A DNA stretch of 64,000 nt from Azoarcus sp. Lineage in GTDB: Bacteria; Pseudomonadota; Gammaproteobacteria; Burkholderiales; Rhodocyclaceae. The position numbers and the translations under genes were made by a program. The stretch covers positions 10,417 through 74,416 of the forward strand of contig DYFV01000017.1 in the NCBI GenBank assembly GCA_020725025.1. Reading direction: 5' to 3'. Of this stretch, positions 57,508 through 64,000 are shown piece after piece. The notes below the pieces were generated by a model. That model saw only the letters and a program-made list of their open reading frames with translations, made no database searches and was not told the DNA's origin. Within the stretch, counting starts at the first letter, position 1; each line of letters begins with the position of its first letter.

Positions 57508-59166
57508 ATGCTGGACCATTGCGTACCCTGGCCCCCGGAGGCGGCGCAGCGCTATAGCGCGAGCGGCCTGTGGGAGGGGCTCACCATCGCCGAGGCGGTC
57601 GAGCGCACCGCGGCGGCCTTCCCCGACAAGCTCGCCCTGGTGCAGGGCACGCAGCGCTTCACCTATCGGCAGCTGGTGGAGCATTCGCGCCGGCTCGCGG
57701 TGGGTTTCCTCGATCTGGGCGTGCGTCCGCGCGACCGGGTCGTCGTGCAACTCCCGAACACGCCGGCCTTCGTGTTCGTCTATCTCGCGCTCGCCCGCAT
57801 CGGCGCGATTCCGGTGATGGCGCTGCGCGCCCACCGGCACGCCGAGGTTCGCCATTTCATCTCGGCCTCCGGGGCGAACGCCTACGTGATCGCCGACCGG
57901 GTGAACGACTTCGACTACCGAACCATGGCGGCGGAGATGAAGGCCGCCTTCCCTGCCCTGCGGCACGTGGTGGTGGTGGGCGAGCCGGGGCCGGGCCAAG
58001 TCGCGCTGGATGCGCTGCTCGCGCCGCCTGCGCCAGGCGATGCGGCGCGGCTCGCGGCGGTGCGACCCGCCCCGGGCGAGGTGGCGACGATGCTGCTTTC
58101 GGGCGGTACCACCTCGCTGTCGAAGCTCATCCCGCGCACCCACGACGACTATGTGCTGAACGCCCGCCTGTGCGGCAAGGCCGCGGGCTTCGACGCGAGC
58201 ACGGTGTTCATGGCGATCCTGCCGCTGGGCCACAACTACAACCTCGCCTCCCCGGGCATCCTCGGCAGCTTCTATTACGGCGGCACGGTGGTGCTGGCCA
58301 AGGGCACCGACATCGCCGAGATCTTCGCCACGGTGGCGCGCGAGCGGGTGACGGTGATCGCGGCGGCGGTACCGCTCATCGTGGCCTGGCTCGCCTCGGA
58401 CGAACCGGCGCGCCACGACACCAGCTCGCTGCGGGTGATCCAGAACGGCGGCGCGCGCCTCGCCCCGGAGCTGCGGGCGCGGCTGCGCGAGCGCTTCGGC
58501 TGCATGCCGCAGGAAATCTACGGCACTGCCGAGGGGCTCATCAACATGACGCGGCTGGACGACCCGGACGAACTGCTGCTGGAGAGCTCCGGCGCGCCGG
58601 TGTGCGACGAGGACGAGATCATGGTGGTCGACGACGCCGGCAACCCGGTGCCCGACGGCGAGCCGGGCGAGCTGGTCACCCGCGGCCCCTATACCATCCG
58701 CGGCTACTACGATGCCCCCGCCAGGAACGCCGAGGCCTTCACGCCCGACGGCTTCTACCGCATGGGCGACATCGTGCGAAAGCGCGGCCGCCACGTCTAC
58801 ACCGAGGGCCGGCGCAAGGACCTCATCAACCGGGGCGGCGAGAAGATCAGCTGCGAGGAGGTGGAGGACATGATCGTCACCCACCCCAAGGTGAAGGCGG
58901 TGACCCTGGTGGCCATGCCCGATCCGGTCTTCGGGGAAAAGGCCTGCGCCTTCGTGATCCCCCACGAGGGCGAGCGGCTCTCCTTCGACGAGCTCGTCGC
59001 CCACCTGCGCGCCCAGCGCATCGCGAGCTTCAAGCTGCCCGAGCGCCTCGAACTGGTGGAGGCCTTCCCGCTGTCGCCGGTGGGCAAGATCCTCAAGCGC
59101 GAGCTGCGCGAGCGCATCGCCCTCCGGCTCCAGCGCGAAGCCCAGGCGCCCGCCGCCACCCACTGA
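57508..59166 (+). CDS. Aryl-acid adenylating enzyme / CoA ligase (EntE/DhbE/SdgA-like)
   Basis: LSGGTTSLSKLIPRTH, HNYNLASPG, YGTAEG, YRMGD, VGKILK. Confidence 0.88.
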   Translation: MLDHCVPWPPEAAQRYSASGLWEGLTIAEAVERTAAAFPDKLALVQGTQRFTYRQLVEHSRRLAVGFLDLGVRPRDRVVVQLPNTPAFVFVYLALARIGAIPVMALRAHRHAEVRHFISASGANAYVIADRVNDFDYRTMAAEMKAAFPALRHVVVVGEPGPGQVALDALLAPPAPGDAARLAAVRPAPGEVATMLLSGGTTSLSKLIPRTHDDYVLNARLCGKAAGFDASTVFMAILPLGHNYNLASPGILGSFYYGGTVVLAKGTDIAEIFATVARERVTVIAAAVPLIVAWLASDEPARHDTSSLRVIQNGGARLAPELRARLRERFGCMPQEIYGTAEGLINMTRLDDPDELLLESSGAPVCDEDEIMVVDDAGNPVPDGEPGELVTRGPYTIRGYYDAPARNAEAFTPDGFYRMGDIVRKRGRHVYTEGRRKDLINRGGEKISCEEVEDMIVTHPKVKAVTLVAMPDPVFGEKACAFVIPHEGERLSFDELVAHLRAQRIASFKLPERLELVEAFPLSPVGKILKRELRERIALRLQREAQAPAATH

Positions 59167-59182
59167 CCGGAGGAGCCCGTCC

Positions 59183-60328
59183 ATGAAGATCGAAATCCTC
59201 GGCGGCGGTCCCGCCGGCCTGTACTTCGCGGCGCTCATGAAGCGCGTCGCCCCCTCTCACCGCATCACCGTCCACGAGCGCAACCCGCGCGACGCCACCT
59301 GGGGCTTCGGCGTGGTCTTCTCCGACCGGGCGCTGGAGTTCCTGCGCGCGGACGACGACGAGATGTACCGCTACCTCACCCCGCACATGGAGACCTGGCA
59401 GCATCTCACCATCGTGCACAACGACACCCGCATCCCCATCGCCGGCAACGGCTTCGCGGCGACCGGACGGCTGGAGCTGCTGACCCGGCTCTACGACTAC
59501 GTGGAGCGGCTGGGCGTGGAGATCCGCTTCAACGAGGAGGTGAACGATCTCGCCGCCTTCGCCGGCGCCGACCTGATCGTGGCCGCCAACGGCGCCGCCT
59601 CCTGGGTGCGCGAGCAGCACGCGGCGCGCTTCGGCACCCACTGCGACTGGCGTCCCAACAAGTTCATCTGGTACGGCACCACCAAGGCCTTCGAAAGCCT
59701 GAGCCTCACCTTCCGCGACACGCCCCACGGCGTCTTCTGCGCCCACCACTACCGCTACAGCCCAGGCATGAGCACCTTCCTGGTGGAGGTGGAGGCCGAC
59801 ACCTGGTCCCGCGCCGGCTTCGACCGCCTGAGCCCGGAGGAGACCATGCGCCACTGCGAGCGGGTCTTCGCGACCGATCTCGACGGCCACCCCATCCTCT
59901 CCAACAACTCGTTCTGGCGGAACTTCCCGGCGATCTGGAACGAGCGCTGGAGCGTCGACAACGTGGTCCTCATGGGCGATGCGCTGCGCACCGCGCACTT
60001 CTCCATCGGCTCGGGCACGCGGCTGGCGATGGAGGACGCGATCGCGCTCCACAAGGCCTTCGCCGAATGCGGCGAGGACGTGCCGGCGGCGCTGGCCCGC
60101 TTCCAGGCCCTGCGCATGCCGCCCATGAAGAAGATCTGGGACGCGGCCAACGTGAGCCTGCGCTGGTACGAGCGCATGGGGGAACTCATGAAGCTCGACC
60201 CCTGGGAGTTCGCCTACAGCTACATGACCCGCACCGGCCGAGTGGCGCACGAGGACGTGCGGCGTCGCGATCCGGAGCTCGCGGCGGCTTACGAGGCGCG
60301 CCATCCGGAGCGGTTCGCGGCGGCATGA
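59183..60328 (+). CDS. FAD-dependent monooxygenase (salicylyl-/aminobenzoyl-CoA hydroxylase-like domain)
   Basis: GGGPAGLY, TWGFGVVFS, GDALRTAHFSIGSGTRLAMED. Confidence 0.88.
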   Translation: MKIEILGGGPAGLYFAALMKRVAPSHRITVHERNPRDATWGFGVVFSDRALEFLRADDDEMYRYLTPHMETWQHLTIVHNDTRIPIAGNGFAATGRLELLTRLYDYVERLGVEIRFNEEVNDLAAFAGADLIVAANGAASWVREQHAARFGTHCDWRPNKFIWYGTTKAFESLSLTFRDTPHGVFCAHHYRYSPGMSTFLVEVEADTWSRAGFDRLSPEETMRHCERVFATDLDGHPILSNNSFWRNFPAIWNERWSVDNVVLMGDALRTAHFSIGSGTRLAMEDAIALHKAFAECGEDVPAALARFQALRMPPMKKIWDAANVSLRWYERMGELMKLDPWEFAYSYMTRTGRVAHEDVRRRDPELAAAYEARHPERFAAA

Positions 60329-60641
60329 GCCCGGGGTTCACGGGTAGTCGGTGCTCAGGGATAGCCTGTATGGGCAATACCACGGGTTGAGGAAAAAGGG
60401 GCTACCCGGGACGCAGGACGGTCGAAGCCCAGGCTCCGAGAGCCGGACACAAGGCCTTTGAAATGGGGGAAAGCGGGGGCTACAAACAAGCTGCTGAAGA
60501 GCGCGTTGGATCGCGAACCGGCCGGTTCCCGGTCATGGCGCCTACGACGGCGCCGCAAGCGCGGCGCCTCGGCCCTCTTTCCTGTTCGGCGGACGACTCG
60601 CTCATCGGCGGAACCAGCGACTACGCACGGAGGATCCGTCC

Positions 60642-60938
60642 ATGATGACCATGAAGATCGACATGCCCCCTGTTTCAGCCTGTTCGGTCACCGACTGCGC
60701 CTACAACGTGAAGGACAACTGCCATGCCAAGGCGATCACCATCGGTGACGGCGTACATCCCGGGTGCGACACCTTCCTGAAGGCGTCCTCCCACACCCGG
60801 GACGGCAGCCGTATCGCGGGAATCGGCGCCTGCAAGGTCACCGCATGCAAGCACAACGACGATTACGAGTGCGCGGCGGACCAGATCAGCGTGGGACGCG
60901 TCGGGAACGAGGTGAACTGTCTGACGTTCACCCGGTAG
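60642..60938 (+). CDS. DUF1540 cysteine-rich protein
   Basis: Two CxVxxCxxN...CxAxxI.....CxTF repeats; RBS GGAGG. Confidence 0.85.
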   Translation: MMTMKIDMPPVSACSVTDCAYNVKDNCHAKAITIGDGVHPGCDTFLKASSHTRDGSRIAGIGACKVTACKHNDDYECAADQISVGRVGNEVNCLTFTR

Positions 60939-60993
60939 ATCTCGCGCGGCCGCTGCACCGAGGCGGGCAGCCCGGCCCTTTCCCGGCAAGGCG

Positions 60994-61569
60994 CTACCCC
61001 CTCGCCTGCGCTCTCGTCAGCTCGATCACCGCCGCGCCGAGGCCGTCGGTGGAGTAGAAGATCTGCAGCATGTCCGGCTTCCGGTCTTGCTCATGGAAGA
61101 AGAACCCGGCGGTCTTCGTCTCGTTGGGCAGCTTGCGGTCCACCGGATAGGCGTTGCTGACCACCGCGGCGAAGGCGTAGAGCCCACCCTGCGCCGCCAC
61201 CGGCACCCGCCCGCGGAGCGCGCTTCGCGAGCCGTCGTCCCAGACGATGCGCATGAAGATCGAGAAGAAGCGCTGCTCGATTTCTGCCGTGCCGGTAAAC
61301 GCGGGGTCCTTGGAGTGGGTCAGCCAGCTTCGGCTGGTGCGCACCGTCCACTTCCCGTTGATGTCCGGGAAAGGCACGAACCATGGATGGAGAAGGCCCA
61401 GACGCCACAACCAGCGATCGAAGACCCAGACAATCGCGCCCAGAATGGCGGCGACGGCGGACGCGGAAAGGACCAGCGCCCAGCCGACCGGCTGGGCCTT
61501 GGCGTACGCGACGCCGACGTAGCCCGCCCCGGCGAGCACGACGATTGCGAGAAGATGCCAGCGATTCAT
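60994..61569 (-). CDS. 2TM + beta-rich protein resembling the CBASS effector Cap15 (S-2TMbeta)
   Basis: Two TM helices then FDRWLWR...WFVPFPDINGKW...IEQ; C-terminal half divergent. Confidence 0.6.
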   Translation of the reverse strand: MNRWHLLAIVVLAGAGYVGVAYAKAQPVGWALVLSASAVAAILGAIVWVFDRWLWRLGLLHPWFVPFPDINGKWTVRTSRSWLTHSKDPAFTGTAEIEQRFFSIFMRIVWDDGSRSALRGRVPVAAQGGLYAFAAVVSNAYPVDRKLPNETKTAGFFFHEQDRKPDMLQIFYSTDGLGAAVIELTRAQARG

Positions 61570-61606
61570 GTCCGACTCCTATGCGACCCCGGGCGGCGCA
61601 GCAGGC

Positions 61607-62518
61607 CTATGCGACCAGCTCGTCGATGAAGCGCTTCGCCTCGGTCGTATCCATGCCGTAGAGCACCTTGGCGAGCGCCACCGCCTGCAGGCGCTCGCCG
61701 CGCGCGGCCATGTCGAGCAGGCGCGACTCCTGCCCGGTCCGGTCGAGGGAGGCGATGGGCGCCGCTTCGGCGGATGCCCCGTCCATGAAGCGATAGCCGA
61801 AACGCAGCGCCTCGCGCACCGCGGGCAGGGACGGGCGCAGCCGGTTCGACTCGTCCCGCCACGCCACCCGCAACAGCCCGTCCGGCAGCATGCGGAGCGC
61901 GCTGTGGTTGTAGCGCGAGGTCCCGAGGGTCGCCTTGCCGCGACGCGTGCCTTCGGCGGCGAGCGCGGCACGTACGGCCTCGCTGTCGCCGCTGAATTCG
62001 ATGTCGAGGTATTCGCGGCGGACACGGTGTTCCACGATGCGACCGCCGTTGCGGACGTCCGCGCGCAGGCCGTCTTCGCCGATCACGCGCAGGCTGCGTA
62101 CCCGCTGTCGCGGAAGCACCAGCACCAATGCCGTCTCCCGGTCGAAGTGCGTATTGAGGTGCGAGCGCAGGTTGACCACCAGGTGTTCGCCGTCCTCGCG
62201 CAGCACCCATCCCTGCGGCCCCCCCGCGCTGCGGGCGTGGTGCAGGTACACCGACGCGAACAGCGCCGAAAACCCGCCGACGAAGAGCACCGCCGGCACC
62301 ACCAGCCAGAGCGACGCGTCGCCTTCCGCCGCGATCAGGCCCGCCAGGCATACGGCCACGGTCACCGCGGCGGCGATGACGCCGACGACGGCCGTGCCGA
62401 GCCGCCGCTGCCGCACCTCCAGCCGCGGCGCGGGCAATGCGTCGGCTTCGGCCGCCGGCAGCAGCCGGACCTCGGCGAAGCCGGCACGCACCATCGGACG
62501 GTCAATACTCGAGCTCAT
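61607..62518 (-). CDS. Membrane protein with C-terminal L7/L12-CTD-like helical motif
   Basis: Two TM helices; terminal AVALAKVLYGMDTTEAKRFIDEL. Confidence 0.65.
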   Translation of the reverse strand: MSSSIDRPMVRAGFAEVRLLPAAEADALPAPRLEVRQRRLGTAVVGVIAAAVTVAVCLAGLIAAEGDASLWLVVPAVLFVGGFSALFASVYLHHARSAGGPQGWVLREDGEHLVVNLRSHLNTHFDRETALVLVLPRQRVRSLRVIGEDGLRADVRNGGRIVEHRVRREYLDIEFSGDSEAVRAALAAEGTRRGKATLGTSRYNHSALRMLPDGLLRVAWRDESNRLRPSLPAVREALRFGYRFMDGASAEAAPIASLDRTGQESRLLDMAARGERLQAVALAKVLYGMDTTEAKRFIDELVA

Positions 62519-62674
62519 GGTGCGACTGCCTGGGGTTCGATCCTGCGCGCATGGTAACCGACCCGGATGTCGTCGGACTCGGGTCTTGGAGGCCCGCACC
62601 GTCATCCGCGCGAGTTTCGCCCTGGCGCCGCGCCGTCGGATAGCGCAGTCGTCGATGGTCGGGGTGAAACCGTT

Positions 62675-64000
62675 CTACAGCCAGCCCCTGTCGCCCGCGC
62701 CCACGAGATCCGTGGCGCCACGATCCGCTTCGCCGGCGAACTCGGGCATCGCCAGGGACGCCCCCTCGGCCACGAGCCGGGCGAACTCCGCGGCCGGCAG
62801 CGCGGGGCTGAAGTAGAAACCCTGGATCGCGTCGCAGTGATGGCGGCGCAGGAAGCGCAGCTGCCCCTCGGACTCGACCCCTTCGGCGATCACGCTCAGG
62901 CGCAGGCTGTGCGCCAGGCGGATCGTGGCCAGGCAGATCGCCGCGAGGTCGGCGTCGCTGTTGAGCTCGCGCACGAAGCTGCGGTCGATCTTGAGGTGGC
63001 TCAGGGGGAAGCGCTTCAGGGAGGAGAGGCAGGAATAGCCGGTGCCGAAATCGTCCATGGAGATCATCACGCCGGACGACTTCAACGCCTGCATGGTCGA
63101 GATCGCCAGCTCCAGGTCGTCCATGGCCACGCTCTCGGTGATCTCCACCCCCAAGCGTCCCGGGTCGAGCCCATGGGCCTCGAGCTTGCGCTTCACCAGC
63201 TCGGCGAAGTCCTTCCGTCTGAACTGCTTGGCCGAGGCGTTCACCGAGACCGTCGGCACCGCGAGCCCGCCGTCGGACCATGCACGCAGCTGGCGACAGA
63301 CCTCCTCCAGCACCCATTCGCCGATAGCGACGATGAGGCCGGTCTCCTCCGCCACCGGGATGAAGGCGCCCGGAGCCAGCAGGCCGCGCTCGGGATGCTG
63401 CCAGCGGATCAGCGCCTCCGCGCCGATGACCTTGCCGCTCCACAGGTCCACCTGGGGCTGGTAGAAGACCACCAGCTCACCGCGCTCGATCGCCCGCCTG
63501 AGCTGGGACTCGAGCAGGAGGCGGTCCTCCGCCCGCCGGTTCAGTTCCCGGTGGAAGAACTCGAAGCGGTCGCGACCCTTTTCCTTCGCCCGGTACATTG
63601 CCGCGTCGGCATGCTTGAGCAGCGTCTCGGTGTCCGTACCGTCGCGCGGGTACAGGCTCACGCCGATGCTGGCGGTGACGTAGATCTCGTGCGCTTCGAA
63701 CCGGTAGGCGCCGGTGAGGACTTCGAGGACGGCGTTCGCCAGGTCGACCGCCGCCTCTTCCGCAGCCAGCTCGGCCACCACCACGAACTCGTCGCCCCCG
63801 AGCCGGGCCACCGTGTCGGTCTCGTTGCCGAAGGCGGCGAGGCGCTCGGACACGGCCTGGACCAGGCGGTCGCCCAAGGCATGGCCCAGGCTGTCATTGA
63901 CGTACTTGAAGTGGTCGAGATCGATGAACAGGATCGCGGCCACGGTGCGGCGCCGCGCCGCCCGGACGATCGCCCGGGCGAGCCGGTCGAAGAGCAGGCT
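62675..64000 (-). CDS. GGDEF-EAL protein, C-terminal part; runs off the window end
   Basis: IDLDHFK, RLGGDEF, GAEAL, DDFGTGYS. Confidence 0.92.
   Translation of the reverse strand, partial: SLLFDRLARAIVRAARRRTVAAILFIDLDHFKYVNDSLGHALGDRLVQAVSERLAAFGNETDTVARLGGDEFVVVAELAAEEAAVDLANAVLEVLTGAYRFEAHEIYVTASIGVSLYPRDGTDTETLLKHADAAMYRAKEKGRDRFEFFHRELNRRAEDRLLLESQLRRAIERGELVVFYQPQVDLWSGKVIGAEALIRWQHPERGLLAPGAFIPVAEETGLIVAIGEWVLEEVCRQLRAWSDGGLAVPTVSVNASAKQFRRKDFAELVKRKLEAHGLDPGRLGVEITESVAMDDLELAISTMQALKSSGVMISMDDFGTGYSCLSSLKRFPLSHLKIDRSFVRELNSDADLAAICLATIRLAHSLRLSVIAEGVESEGQLRFLRRHHCDAIQGFYFSPALPAAEFARLVAEGASLAMPEFAGEADRGATDLVGAGDRGWL

Noticed and set aside
57508-59166. Siderophore (EntE) cluster
   Set aside because: No NRPS, carrier protein, isochorismate enzymes or TonB receptor
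60330-60640. ncRNA, attC site or IS end in the intergenic gap
   Set aside because: Only short local hairpins; no recognisable family features
1-64000. CRISPR array, tRNA, rRNA, prophage
   Set aside because: No spaced direct repeats, cloverleaf or rRNA signatures, or phage genes seen by eye

Overview
High-GC (roughly 70%) proteobacterial chromosome segment; gene content suggests a Rhodocyclales-type betaproteobacterium (Thauera/Azoarcus-like; inference). Centrepiece: a ~19 kb operon (11069-30031) resembling the Azotobacter ars phenolic-lipid (alkylresorcinol) system. It encodes a giant ER-ER-KS-AT-ACP-KR type I synthase, an ArsB-like type III PKS, a DH-PPTase, an ABC/LolA-like/outer-membrane export module, an FkbM methyltransferase-GT4 glycosyltransferase fusion, a stand-alone acyltransferase and DUF2147. 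The most striking signal lies inside the giant synthase gene, exactly between ACP and KR: a dnaX-style -1 ribosomal frameshift cassette (AGGGAG, 10 nt, in-frame A_AAA_AAA, 5 nt, perfect 12-bp hairpin, -1-frame stop). An apparent internal in-frame start also lies just upstream of the ACP. One gene may therefore yield full-length, KR-less, ACP-KR and ACP-only proteins (untested inference). Divergent from the operon is an IS630-derived HTH-only gene. The rest is an accessory mosaic: three c-di-GMP enzymes, a BNR beta-propeller plus MoaD/ThiS pair, a sigma54 activator/outer-membrane channel pair, GH13/GH15 enzymes, GST/LysR/AraC modules, DsbA/DsbB, a PEP-CTERM gene with its sigma54 promoter, a REP-flanked AbrB-Doc toxin-antitoxin pair, an aryl-CoA ligase plus flavin hydroxylase, and an orphan Cap15-like gene. 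No rRNA, tRNA or CRISPR array was seen. All family calls come from motif recognition by eye, not database searches.
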